DNA from: Schmidtea nova
Lineage: Eukaryota
NCBI GenBank assembly: GCA_044892505.1
Contig: CM097882.1
Location: 153,202,001-153,266,000, forward strand
Length of the DNA: 64,000 nt
Direction: 5' to 3'
A model generated the notes under the pieces. That model was given only the letters and a program-made list of their open reading frames with translations, was not told where the DNA came from and did not search any database. Positions 21,319-33,344 of this stretch are shown one piece after another; positions within the stretch are counted from its first letter, which is position 1; each line of letters starts with the position of its first letter. The position numbers and the translations under genes were made by a program.

Positions 21319-22969
21319 ATTATTTTAGTGCCATGTNNNNNNNNNNNNNNNNNNNNNNNNNNNNNNNNNNNNNNNNNNNNNNNNNNNNNNNNNNNNNNNN
21401 NNNNNNNNNNNNNNNNNNNNNNNNNNNNNNNNNNNNNNNNNNNNNNNNNNNNNNNNNNNNNNNNNNNNNNNNNNNNNNNNNNNNNNNNNNNNNNNNNNNN
21501 NNNNNNNNNNNNNNNNNTGATAATAAACCATTATAAAAAACATATCACAAGAATAAAAATAACTTTAACATTGTAAGATTATAATATTATCTTTACTTTT
21601 CACCATTTGAGAAACAATAATTATTAACTGAGAAAAATATATTCAAAAGAAAAAAATTAATTTTCAATTTTTACAAATGATTTTCATTCAAAATCGACTG
21701 AAAAACTTCTCAAAATTTCAGCAAGAATTTATTTCATTTATTATAATAAAAATTAAATATAAAAAATCGAAAATTTTAATTTGTATAATGTTTATTATTT
21801 AATTAATTATATTTTAATATTTTGAATAATTTTAAATGTTATTTTCGAAAGACAAATCAAGATATGCAGTATTTGGAAGTGAATAAATTTTCTTAGATTT
21901 TAAAGATATTAAACTACTATTTACAAGCTTTAAGAAATTATTACAAATCTATTAAAAAATAACGAGATACAAATTAACCCTTAGTTTAAATTAAAAAACA
22001 TACATATTATTTAAATGATAATGATAAAAAAAATTTTTAAAAACAAAAATGCAAATTTTCTGTTAATAAATCCTTTTTTTATTTCAATTATGGATATCTG
22101 GAATTAATAAACAGCTCAAGTCACTCCAAAATAATATTATATTTCTTTCAATTTGATAATCATTGAAATATTTTATGTCTTTGATGTAAGAAGTTGAAAG
22201 ATATTCTCAACTTACTTTCTTGGAAAAATTGACTTGCCCTTGAAAGATAGAAAAAGGTATAATTGAGATGATTTTCAATATTACAAAAATAATTAATCAA
22301 ATTGATTAGGACTTGTTTTTTTTGTTTTTTTTTATTTCATCAAATTTCTTTTGAATTCACGAATTGTAGAAGAATTTAATTTATTCTATGACTTATACAA
22401 AAATAAATCTCTTTTGTAAAGTTTTGTGAAGATTTGCTTACGAATAGAGTTTCAGATTTCAATTGTGTAAAGAATTTTTTTTTATTATTGAAGTCTTTAT
22501 TATTTTCAAATTTTTATTTATTTTTTTAAGAAATAAATACTTATAATTTTAGTAAGGTTACAAATGTATTCTTTAAAATATTAAAAATAAATTAAAATTA
22601 AAAATAAAATAAATTAAAAATAAATTAAATAGTATGAAATTGAATACAGTCCAGTTGACATAAAATTACATTTATTACATCAATTATCTCTCAAGTGAGA
22701 ACTTGGTCGGAATCCATAAAAAACAAACAAAAAAGAAAAGAAAAGAAATTATTATTCGAAATCGTAAATTTTAAAAATTAAGTAAATATGAGGCTTTGAG
22801 GAGTCTGTCTTAATACCCTCTGTAGTGTACAGGGTTGAATTGAAATTGTTGTCGTTTTACTATTATTAGTAGTATTGCAGGTACGGAAACCCTCTTCAAT
22901 TATTTGTATGATTACGGTGGTAAATATTGTGGATTTAGATAAAAATATAATTATTTTTATATGTAATTA

Positions 22970-23560
22970 ATATAATTATTATAACTGTATTTAATTATGA
23001 ATTTGAATTTGGCTTGCTATAGTAAATTGCTATAATAAGCAAAATCACAATTAAAAGTTATTGATCGAATTTAGGAAATATTAAACAATTAAAAATTTGA
23101 AGTTAAACAGAATTATTGTGTATTAAATGAAAAGATAATAAAGAAAATTGATTTTCCAAACGAGTGGTGCCTAAGGAAATAGAAAATCCTAAGAATCAAA
23201 GAGTTAACCAAACTCCATTACTTTTTGAAAATTAAAATACAGAATACAGAAAATTTAAAAGGAAAGAATATCCCGATAGAAATTAAAATATCAACAGAAA
23301 TTATTAAAGAAGGGTAACTGATCAATTTTTAGATTAACTTTGAATTAACTTTAAATTAACTTAAATCAACTTTTAATTAATATATTTTTTTGAAGTTGCT
23401 AATTAGTTTTTATCGTTCGAATCTTTTATTTTCTTGTAGCATTATTCCGTTATAACATACGCAGGCACCCCAACTGTCTTCATACAGTTTTTGGAAGACT
23501 CTATTGGGGCTCTACAATATCTCCATTACTAACAAACACTTACTACCAAACACTTACCAA
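22970..23560 (+). mobile_element. Probable relic LTR related to the gypsy LTRs in this window
   Basis: Contains TTTGGCTTGCTATAGTAAATTGCTATAATAAGCAAAA (the LTR hairpin) and CACCCCAACTGTC...AGACTCT...GGGCTCTACA (cf. CACCCCGAGTGTC...GGACTCTCTCGGGATCTACA). Boundaries are uncertain. Confidence 0.45.
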
Positions 23561-26500
23561 CAAACTTTAGATAACAAATATTCACTAACAAACTTTAAAT
23601 AACTATATATAATAATTAAGAAAACAACGTAAAACCCACCATGTATGTATATTGCAAAATTAGTCGGGTTTCATATAGTATGCATGACTACATAACCATT
23701 GTACAATGCTCAGGTTTTACATATCACGCATAACTATTTGACTATTACGTAACACGTATGGGCTTTTCCCGTTGCACACAAGTTATGACAGCATATTTAC
23801 AAAATTGAGGTCAACGGACAAGGTCATTTTGGAGTAAAGGTCATTTTCTAGGTCATTTTTCTAGGCGCAATTTTTGAATTTTTCTTTAAATGAAATACAT
23901 ATATAAATTTTTGGCACAATTTTACCGCCGTTTTGAATTTTTTTTAAATAAAGTAAATATTTAAAATTTTGGCGCATTTTAAAAAAGTTTTAAAATTTTT
24001 ATTAATATTTTTTACTACTATTTTCCAAAGTATTATTATTATTTTTTTTATTAATAATCTATGTCACTAAAAGAAGAGACAATATAAATAACATGTGCTT
24101 TAATATTTGTCAGTCTTAAATAGTGGTAATTAAAAGCATGTGCCTAAAAGACACACTGGGCAAGTGATCGCGCCCATAAGGGTAGTCAGTGGCACTTCCA
24201 AAGTTCTGGCTAATAAGACCTGGACATCAATAGTTCTCTATCTATAGCGATAATGTCTCGGATAATCAAGAGTAGTCAGCTACCAAGACATCATCCACAA
24301 CGTAGTGATTCATACGCCATGAATGTACAGGAAAGACATCTTTATAAATATTATGACTAAATTTAATTTATCTTCAGTCAAGAAATTATACAAACATAGC
24401 AGCGGCCTCCCATTAGGTTGGATTACGGCTGTCCACCATAGCGACTGGCATGCTTCAATAAATTAAGGGTATAAACGAAACCCATCCACCCTAATATATT
24501 TTAAAATAAACAACAAATAAAATTTTATCTTTTATTTCGTCATCTGTCATAGAACCGCTTGTTTTATCTAAAATTATTAAATAAGTTATATTAGAAATAA
24601 ATTGATTTACGATTCCAGAAAAGATTCTCCCGAAGTGTTGAAATAATTTGTTATCTTAAATAAAAGTTTAAATTATTAATAAATATTACTAATTAAATTT
24701 TTTTAAATTAATTTTTTGCATCAAAATGCGTTTATTTAAAAATAATAACTTTTAATAAAATAAAACTTTATACAAAAATAATAATTCAATTTTTCTTAAA
24801 AATTATTAAAATTAATTTTGAAAAAGTCGAAAATTCCTTCTAGATCAAGTTTTTTAATGCATCAACGAAAACAACACACAAATCCTCATATATATACCTT
24901 TATCAAAATCGTAATCGTTAGAATTTCGTACAACCAACTGGCAAAAATTCCATTTCAGCATAACTCTGCCAAAATATCTTGTTAATAAGAAGAATTTGCT
25001 TATGGTCAAGCTTCACGTAGTGAACCTCTCACGAAACGTCTTTCCATCGATACTGAGAAAGATCTTCAGCTGTTACTCGTTAGAAGAGTCTACAGATCCA
25101 AAATCAACCAACCATTCCGTTTGATACCATCAGGTGGATCTCAGTACTAAACCTCTCTCTATTCTAAGAAAACTGTTGATAGAATGGATTCAGAAGGAAG
25201 CCAACCAAATATTAGAAATGTAAGGTTGAACCTAGTTTTCATGCATGAAGCCAAGTATTTTATTATGGTTTGATTTATATGTGTATAATTTGTACGATAT
25301 TTTTAAATTCTATATACATTTATCTCATATTTAAAATGAATAATATAATTGAATCGATTATCGCTCATATTATGTTATATTTGTTATCATTATAGGATAT
25401 TTTCCGATTAAAACTCTGTAAAAATTACCGATCTAGCGACCATATGATTATTATATCTAAATAATTTCTTTTGATCTCCATACTATTTGAAGTCAGTCCT
25501 GCCCGTTAGCTATACTGACGGAAGTAGCATAGGTGGATCACTGTTTAGTTGAGGCACATCAATGACCATGCCCATATTTCTTTCTAAGATGAGACTCACA
25601 CATCCATGATCACTTCATCCCATACTTTGATGTTGGGGAACAGTGGCTTGGCCTAGGGTAAGGTTATTATAGTAATGCTAGTTGAATTGTTGATAGTTGT
25701 TATATTGATAGTAGTTGATATGATAGTAATGCATTTTATCTGTATTAAATCACATATTACAAATTTTACAATCAATGAAATTACAGAAATTATGTGTTGA
25801 AATTTGAAATCAATTTCAATAGAAGAAGTGAATATTTGCAAGCAATTCCCCACTGAGATGTTGTTCTTCTGTTTGTAAGGACGATCCTTTTAATTTAAAA
25901 GAAAACATTAAAAGCTATGATAAAACGACTTACTAATATCCCTACTAGTCAAAATAAATTTACGAATTTTAGGATTTTCCATCTGTAAATAAATGTCAAA
26001 ATTAATAACATTATATTAGAAAAAAGAATATTAGAATTGTTGCAGACGGATTCCAGAAATCTTGATTTCCACCTAAAAATGATTATATAGATTTATAATA
26101 ATTGAGCATTATTTTATTTCAGCAGACGAAAGGGGATGTAATATAATTTAAGTTGTTTAATACATTTCACAAGCTTAAATAAGAATCAAAGGGAAACCAA
26201 GAATCCAAAATTAACAAGTCGCATAATTTCTAAATCGTAAAAAAAATTTGTTTGTATAAAAAAACCGCATAATTTTAAAACTGCATAAAATAAAATCGCA
26301 TAAATACAGAATTGAGTATATATATATGACGCCGTTTGTCTATATTCTAATTTCTTATAACTTTTTACTTATAATGGATGTAATGCTGCATACATTGGAG
26401 ATACTGTTCAATAAATCTGTACACGAGATCAGGAGCATGTCAGAAAGTCGAAAAGAGTAATATTATTAATAATTATAATAAGATACGCAAGAATAGCATT

Positions 26501-26872
26501 GATATTTTTCATTTTATTATATTGTCTAGGTGTTTTAAAATGATTATTGGATTATGTACATGTTAATACATAATCACTAATAATTGCGTATGATCAACTT
26601 TTATTTATTTGAATTTGTTTTTTGCCTGAAGATGACATTTGAGCTGTCAAAATATTTTTCAAAAATATATTTTAGAAATTGATGCTTTTTTGTTTTTCGT
26701 TATTATTATTATTATTATTATTATTATCAATAATTCTCATAATGACTATAGATCAAATTTTTTTTTATAAACAATAAAATTAATTATTGTTTATAAAAAA
26801 AAATTTGATCTATAGCCATTATGAGAATTATTGATAATAATAATAAAAAAAGATCAAAGGTGAAAAAAGATA

Positions 26873-26908
<36 letters not shown>

Positions 26909-27234
26909 ATAATTATTATTATTATTATTATTATTATTAATAATAATATTAATATTTAGTTTTATTTTGTGTTAGGTTTTCGGAGCAAATATTCAAAAAA
27001 GCATTTGATTTTAGTGAAAATCATTACCAGATATTTTTATATAAAATTGAGACATTTTCTAATGTCAAATTAATATCTTTAATATTTTTATTATTAGTAA
27101 TATTCAATATATTCCTTGGTAACAATTCAATTTTTTTAAAATGACTATATTATTAATTAATTTATTAATATATGAAGCAAAGAAGACTGATTCTTACTAA
27201 TTTACCCTGTTTGACAATGACGTTCAAATGGTAG

Positions 27235-28228
27235 TTATTATAGTCTATGCGCGGTTGCAATTTGTGTTTTTAATTTGTTCTATGCGTGAATGTAGAGAAG
27301 AGTTGTAGATCCCGAGAGAGTCCGACGTTATTAATGTGCCGACACTCGGGGTGTGTGCTGTGTCGTGCGATTACAGTGATAATAATACAACAATTAAATC
27401 TAAAAAGGTGTATATGCTATTATAAAATAAACTGAACTAATATTAATTTACTAAAATTTATTATGAACAGGACAATAAAAAAACCACGAAAAAGTTACTT
27501 TTGGGTGTGTTAACACGGGGAAATATATCTACTGGAACAAAATCTTTTGATAATTTATCCTGGAAATCTTTTTATAGTTTCTTTTAATAAAATTTTATTT
27601 TGGCTCGGATTATAGCGATAAGCTCGGAAATTAATTCTGGAAGAGATCGTCTTTTAATAAAAATTTATTTTAACTCGGATTATAACAATAAGTTCGGAAA
27701 TTAGTTCTGGAAGGGATCTTCTTTTTATAAAAATTTATTTTAGTTCGGTTTATAACAATAAGTTCGGAAATTAATTCTGGAAGGGATCTTCTTTTTATAA
27801 AAATTTATTTTAGTTCGGATTATAGCGATAAGCTCGGAGATTAATTCTGGAAGAGATCTTCTTTTAATAAAATTTATTTTAATTCGGATTATAGCAATCT
27901 GTTCGGAAATTGATACTGAAAGGGATCTTCTGTTGTAATTTTCTTTTACAATTTATTGCAAACAATATTTAATTTTTCTTCCCCAAAAAAAATCGATTTA
28001 ATTAATTTGTGATTTGGCTTACTATAGCAAATTGCTATAGTAAGCCAAATTCAAATTTTAAATAAAAATAATTATAATAATTACAATAATAAAAATAAAT
28101 ATTAACAAGCATAATAAAATATGGGGGGGCCCAGGTGACCGCAAAGGCACCGTCCATAACAATGACGGCGCTTATAACCTCACCAGCAAATAAACATCTA
28201 AAACTGACAATAAAATGTGACATTCACA
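27235..28228 (-). repeat. 3' LTR (TGTGAATG...ATAATAA) with ~63-bp internal tandem repeats and a 37-nt palindrome
   Basis: Starts after the PPT AAAGGGGGAAGT plus TA. About five copies of AAAATTTATTTTAGTTCGGATTATAACAATAAGTTCGGAAATTAATTCTGGAAGGGATCTTCTTTTTAT lie at ~27590-27920. Confidence 0.92.
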
Positions 28229-28474
28229 TAACTTCCCCCTTTAAAACCGGAGGTTAACAAGAGAATAAAAATTAACAGATTAACCATGTTGACAACTTGT
28301 TTTTGTTGTTTTGTTTTATTTTGTTTTGTTTTTGTATTTGTTTTGTTGTTTTTATAACGTCTTAACCATAACATTTACATATTTACACGAAAATAAAACT
28401 GTACATTTCACTGTGTTGTGCTTGTGTTTATTTGTGTTTTATTTAAAGCATTATCTGTATTGTTTTTTTTTGGG

Positions 28475-31400
28475 CTAGGCTGTGTGAGGCGTTGAGTGTA
28501 AATTTTGATTGTTGTAATGGTAGGGTTTTAGTCTGCGGATGTTGACTCTAACTTTTCGGTTGTTTATCACTAATGTCCCCACGTTTTTGTCTAATTCGAG
28601 AAGTTTGTAAGGGCCTTCATATTTCGATTCGAAACCACTGGTAAAAGGTTTTTTTATTAAAACCATATCGACCCTTAAATTTGTTTTGGTTTGTTTGTTG
28701 TCATTGTCCATTAAGACTCCTTTTGGTTCATTCTGGGATGTAAGTGTTCTGTTTTTGTAAGTTTTATCGGGGTTTTTGTAGTTATCTATTAAATTTGGGA
28801 GGTTTGTTGAATGCCCGAAAGTTAATTGGCTTGGGCTTTTGTTCGTTAAGGAGGATGGGTTATTTCGTAAACCAATTAGGATTTCTGGGAGTTTTTCTAA
28901 CCAGTTTCTGTCATCGGCTTTAGTCCGGATCGCTTGTTTTAAGGATCTGTGCAATCTTTCCACTTTGCCGTTTGACTGTGGGTTATAGGCTGTTGTTCGG
29001 ACTTTTTTTATTTTATATTTTGAGCACAATCCTTTGAATAAGTCTGACTCGAATTGTCTGCCTTGATCACTGATAATTGTTTTTGGACATCCGTATCTCG
29101 CAAACCAGTTTATTTCCAGTTTTCTGCAAATTGTTGCTGCTGAGATCTCTTTGATTGGGATTGCCTCAAACCAGTTGGTGTATCGGTCTATTATTGTCAA
29201 TAGGTATTTTTGTTTGTTGTTAGGTGGTAATGGGCCCACTATGTCTATATGTATTGTTTGGAAAGGTTCTGTTTTTGGGAATTCAATTTTTGTTGTTTTG
29301 AATTTTGTTGTTATTTTGTTTTTCTGGCAGTTTATACATGAGCTTACGTATTCTTTGATGTCCTTCCTCATGTTCGGCCATACTACTTTTGTATGCATGA
29401 GTTCGTATGTAGCTTTCGTTCCTGGGTGGTATATGTTGTGAAATTGTTTTATTAGTTCAGTTCTGTGTTCCTCAGGTACTATTAGTCTTATGTTGTGTTC
29501 GTTAGAGACGTCGTACCAAATTCCATCAATCTCTTTTAGTATTAATGAGTTGAGTTTTGGGAAGTTATTTATTGTTCTTTCTTGTTTGTTTCTCATTGTT
29601 TCTTGATTCACTGTTGGAATCATGCTGATGGCGTTTGTTTCTGTTTCGATTCGCGAGAGGGTATCTGCGCATATGTTTGCGGCTCCTGCTATATATTTTA
29701 TTTCGCAATTGAATTGTGAAATGTAATTTAACTGTCTTATTTGCCTTGGTGATGGTAATTTCATGTTCATTGCGTTTACTAGGGGTTTGTGGTCTGTATA
29801 CACTTCAAATTCTTTCCCTTCTAAGAGGTATTGAAAGTGTTTTATTGTATCATGTACCGCCAGCAGCTCCCTGTCAAAAGTGGAATATCGCATTTGGTGG
29901 GTTTTGAGTTTTTTTGAGTAAAATGCGATGGGTTTTTTTTCGTTATGTTTTTCTTGGTATATTGTACCTCCCATTGCTGTTCCAGAGCAATCAGTGTTGA
30001 GGATGTATGTTAAGTTTGGGTCAGGGTAGTTTAATAGACTTGTGTTGGATAGGTTTGTTTTTGCCTTTTCGAAAACCCTTTCTAGTTGTTTGTTCCAGTT
30101 GATTTTAATGTTTCTTTTGTTGGTGTTTAAGTCGTTTAGTGGTGCGAGTATCTCGGTGCACTTTGGGATGTGTTTGTGGTAAAAGTTTATCATTCCCATA
30201 AAACGTCTTAATTCTCTTGTTGTTTTGGGGAGTGGAAATTCTTTGATGGCCTTTATTTTGTCGTCTAGAGGTCTTGTTCCATTTCCGTTAAGGATATGTC
30301 CCAAAAACCTGACTTCCTGTTTTAAGAATTCGCACTTCTTTATATTAATTTTGAGATCGTGGTTGTTGAGGGTGTTTAGAACTTCCGTGATGTCCTGCAT
30401 GTGTTCGGTTTTGTTTGTTGATGCGATTAGGATGTCGTCTAAATACGCTACCGTATTCCTGTGGTTTCTCAGGATTTGGTCCATGAACCTTTGGAAAGTT
30501 GCGGCTGCGTTTTTTAAACCGAATGGCATTCGGTTGTATTCATATAACCCGATCGGTGTTATTATTGCAGTTTTTTTTACGTCTTCTTCACGCACCGGAA
30601 TTTGGTGATACGCCTTTTGCAGGTCGATTTTACTGAAATATTTTGGATTATGTATCCTGTTTATGATGTCGTTGATTATTGGTATAGGGTATTTGTCAGG
30701 TATTGTAATATTGTTCAAAGCTCTGTAATCTCCGCATGCTCTCCATTCGCCATTTGCTTTTTCTTTTAGCATCAGTGCGGATGACCAGTTGGAATCTGAA
30801 TGTTGAATGATTCTGTTTTCCAATAGATCGTCGAAGATTTCTTTGGTTATTGTGAGTTTTTTGTTGTCCAGTTGTCTTACTTTGGCGTGGACAGGGTTAC
30901 CATTTGTTATGATGGCGTGTTTTGTGATGCATTTATTTGTGGTTTCTATTGATAGTTTATCAGTGATTGTAGGGTAGTTTTTGAGTAATTCTTTGATTTC
31001 TTTTGGGATGGAATTGTCTGCGTTTGTTTTTTCGCATTTTGTTATATTTTTAGTTTGTAATCCTTCAGTTTGTATTTTTTTTGTGTTTGCGGTTATTACC
31101 CCGATGTCACAATTTGTTAAGGTTTTTAGGTTTTCTTGGTTAGGTTTGTTGTTTGGGTATTTTTCTGTTTCGGAAGTATTTTGTATTATTTTTTTATTTC
31201 GGCAGTCTACTAACAAGTTATATTTCGCTAGGAAATCGGCTCCTACAATGGCCTGTTTCACGTCGGCGATGATGAATTCCCAATTGTAGTTTGTCTTGTT
31301 TATATTAATGGTTAGTTGCTGTTTGCCGTAGGTTTTGATGTTGCTGCCATTTGCTGCGCACAGGTTGTAGTTTCCTTCTTTTAAGGATTGGTATAAATAA

Positions 31401-31558
31401 CTTGGTAACAAACTAACTATTGAACCGGAATCAACGAGAAAATTTATATTGTTGCTTTGCACCGTGAATGTTTCGTAGTCGCCGAATGTCGGTGCTGTCA
31501 TTGGCGACTTTAATTGTGTTCCGGCTTTTTGTTGTGGAAAGCACAAGGTGCGTTGCAC
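28475..31558 (-). CDS. pol: Pol polyprotein (PR-RT-RNaseH-IN), intact
   Basis: PR LVDSGS; RT CGDYRALN, KIDLQKAYHQI, YLDD; RNase H TDCSG, ELLAV, TDHKPL; IN H-H-C-C, HIDIVGP, SDQGRQFES, GKVERLH. It overlaps the gag end in the -1 frame. Confidence 0.97.
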   Translation of the reverse strand: MQRTLCFPQQKAGTQLKSPMTAPTFGDYETFTVQSNNINFLVDSGSIVSLLPSYLYQSLKEGNYNLCAANGSNIKTYGKQQLTININKTNYNWEFIIADVKQAIVGADFLAKYNLLVDCRNKKIIQNTSETEKYPNNKPNQENLKTLTNCDIGVITANTKKIQTEGLQTKNITKCEKTNADNSIPKEIKELLKNYPTITDKLSIETTNKCITKHAIITNGNPVHAKVRQLDNKKLTITKEIFDDLLENRIIQHSDSNWSSALMLKEKANGEWRACGDYRALNNITIPDKYPIPIINDIINRIHNPKYFSKIDLQKAYHQIPVREEDVKKTAIITPIGLYEYNRMPFGLKNAAATFQRFMDQILRNHRNTVAYLDDILIASTNKTEHMQDITEVLNTLNNHDLKINIKKCEFLKQEVRFLGHILNGNGTRPLDDKIKAIKEFPLPKTTRELRRFMGMINFYHKHIPKCTEILAPLNDLNTNKRNIKINWNKQLERVFEKAKTNLSNTSLLNYPDPNLTYILNTDCSGTAMGGTIYQEKHNEKKPIAFYSKKLKTHQMRYSTFDRELLAVHDTIKHFQYLLEGKEFEVYTDHKPLVNAMNMKLPSPRQIRQLNYISQFNCEIKYIAGAANICADTLSRIETETNAISMIPTVNQETMRNKQERTINNFPKLNSLILKEIDGIWYDVSNEHNIRLIVPEEHRTELIKQFHNIYHPGTKATYELMHTKVVWPNMRKDIKEYVSSCINCQKNKITTKFKTTKIEFPKTEPFQTIHIDIVGPLPPNNKQKYLLTIIDRYTNWFEAIPIKEISAATICRKLEINWFARYGCPKTIISDQGRQFESDLFKGLCSKYKIKKVRTTAYNPQSNGKVERLHRSLKQAIRTKADDRNWLEKLPEILIGLRNNPSSLTNKSPSQLTFGHSTNLPNLIDNYKNPDKTYKNRTLTSQNEPKGVLMDNDNKQTKTNLRVDMVLIKKPFTSGFESKYEGPYKLLELDKNVGTLVINNRKVRVNIRRLKPYHYNNQNLHSTPHTA

Positions 31559-32511
31559 TTGAAAGCCTTGTCCCCAAATCTATTGTGAAAATAACACCAA
31601 TTTTCATTTGTTATGTAGTTGTTGTTCGTGTTAATGTATCGGTTCAAATTTGGTTTTTGCTCTGTGGGGTTGTTGTAGTTATTTTGGTAACGGTTAAAGT
31701 ATGGGTTTTGTTCTGTACGGTTGTTTTGATTGAGCTGGTTCCTTTTTGTTTCTCTTGTTTGTGCCTCTTGTAAATCGTTTCGGAGGTTCTTGTTTTCTAT
31801 TAAGACCTCGTCGACTTTCTTTATTAACGAGTTAAGTAGAAGGTTGGTATCGTTGTTAGGGTTATCTCGTTTTTGGCAGTCTTCTTGCTTATTTTCCCAT
31901 GGGTGCTGTTTTCGGTATGTTTTACAAACCGCTGGGAATAATTCATCATTTATTTTGTCCGCGATATCGGCTATTTTGTCAAGGTCGGTGGTGTCATTTG
32001 CGGCTAAAATGCGTCTTATTTCTTGTGGCATAGCCCTCATGAATAAGTCCTTTACGAATTCGCTCGATCCCGAGCTTGTTATTTTAGGTTGTAGGAATTC
32101 CAGTTTTGTTTTAAGGTGCCTTAAAAATTCGCTAGGTTTGTCGCTTCCTAGCTGAATGTCTTTTAGGCAAGATTCTAGTATTTCCCTCCTGTTTATCTTA
32201 TTTCTGTTCAATAAGGTCGAGTATAATGTTTCGAATGGGTCATTATTTTTTTCTATTTCTTTTATCCTGTCGCCGATTTCATTTAGTATGTTGCTTGGCA
32301 ATGCGGCGATTATGTGGGCGCATAGTGTTTTTGATGACTTGATTCCCGATAGAGTCAGTGTTAGTTTGGCAAACTCTAACCATTTTTGCAGGGTTCCGTT
32401 TTCATCGGTAAGAAAATTGGGGATGTTTGCTTTAGGGTTGATGATTGAGTTTATGGTGCTATGGTCGAGTGGTGTTTGTGAATTGTTTGAGTTTGTTTGG
32501 TTTGATGCCAT
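31510..32511 (-). CDS. gag: Gag with CHCC zinc knuckle
   Basis: Capsid-like core (QLGSDKPSEFLRHL, FMRAMPQEIRRILA, IADIADKI) and C-terminal CYFHNRFGDKAFKCNAPC, the CHCC motif of CsRn1-clade gypsies. Confidence 0.93.
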   Translation of the reverse strand: MASNQTNSNNSQTPLDHSTINSIINPKANIPNFLTDENGTLQKWLEFAKLTLTLSGIKSSKTLCAHIIAALPSNILNEIGDRIKEIEKNNDPFETLYSTLLNRNKINRREILESCLKDIQLGSDKPSEFLRHLKTKLEFLQPKITSSGSSEFVKDLFMRAMPQEIRRILAANDTTDLDKIADIADKINDELFPAVCKTYRKQHPWENKQEDCQKRDNPNNDTNLLLNSLIKKVDEVLIENKNLRNDLQEAQTRETKRNQLNQNNRTEQNPYFNRYQNNYNNPTEQKPNLNRYINTNNNYITNENWCYFHNRFGDKAFKCNAPCAFHNKKPEHN

Positions 32512-32685
32512 TTCTATATTCTTGCTGTTTGTTTATGTGAAAAAAAATGAGATTGGTTGAAGGATATAGCCTACTGTGTTCGGCTAACAGAGTCAACTAT
32601 CCTTTATAGCTCTATCTAATAGCTATTCTAAAAGGCGTAGTGATTGAAATAACAATATTCGGCGATTGTGTGTTATATTTTTTTG

Positions 32686-32697
32686 CTTCTGACACCA
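32686..32697 (-). promoter_or_regulatory. Primer binding site complementary to the tRNA-Leu 3' end
   Basis: The minus strand reads TGGTGTCAGAAG one base after the LTR end. It is complementary to ...CTTCTGACACCA, the 3' end of eukaryotic tRNA-Leu(CAA). Confidence 0.9.
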
Positions 32698-33311
32698 GTT
32701 ATTATAGTCTATGCGCGGTTGCAATTTGTGTTTTTAATTTGTTGTATGCGTGAATGTAGAGAAGAGTTGTAGATCCCGAGAGAGTCCGACGTTATTAATG
32801 TGCCGACACTCGGGGTGTGTGCTGTGTCGTGCGATTACAGTGATAATAATACAACAATTAAATCTAAAAAGGTGTATATGCTATTATAAAATAAACTGAA
32901 CTAATATTAATTTACTAAAATTTATTATGAACAGGACAATAAAAAAACCACGAAAAAGTTACTTTTGGGTGTGTTAACACGGGGAAATATATCTACTGGA
33001 ACAAAATCTTTTGATAATTTATCCTGGAAATCTTTTTATAGTTTCTTTTAATAAAATTTTATTTTGGCTCGGATTATAGCGATTAATTAATATTAATTAA
33101 TATTAGTAAATTAATATTAGTTCAGTTTATTTTATAATAGCATATACACCTTTTTAGATTTAATTGTTGTATTATTAACACTGTAACCGCACGACACAGC
33201 ACACACCCCGAGTGTCGGCACATTAATAACGTCGGACTCTCTCGGGATCTACAACTCTTCTCTACATTCACGCATACAACAAATTAAAAACACAAATTGT
33301 AACAGCACATA

Positions 33312-33344
33312 GAGGCGTGGGTTCAAATCCCACTTCTGACACCA
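33312..33344 (+). other. Reverse-transcribed 3' fragment of mature tRNA-Leu (T-arm, acceptor strand, CCA); not a tRNA gene
   Basis: GAGGCGTGGG-TTCAAAT-CCCAC-TTCTGACA-CCA has a perfect T-stem and T-loop and ends in CCA; it is embedded between inverted LTR fragments. Confidence 0.9.

Noticed and set aside
24940-25230. Possible host exon (AG...GT-bounded, higher GC)
   Set aside because: All three frames contain stops and no protein family is recognisable; I cannot support a gene call.
29151-32560. Plus-strand ORFs of 60-140 aa opposite gag/pol (and minus-strand ORFs opposite 55156-57332)
   Set aside because: These are antisense shadows of A-rich retroelement coding sequence with no independent motifs.
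33312-33344. tRNA gene
   Set aside because: Only the 3' 33 nt are present (no D-arm or anticodon arm) and CCA is encoded; it is a cDNA fragment, not a gene.
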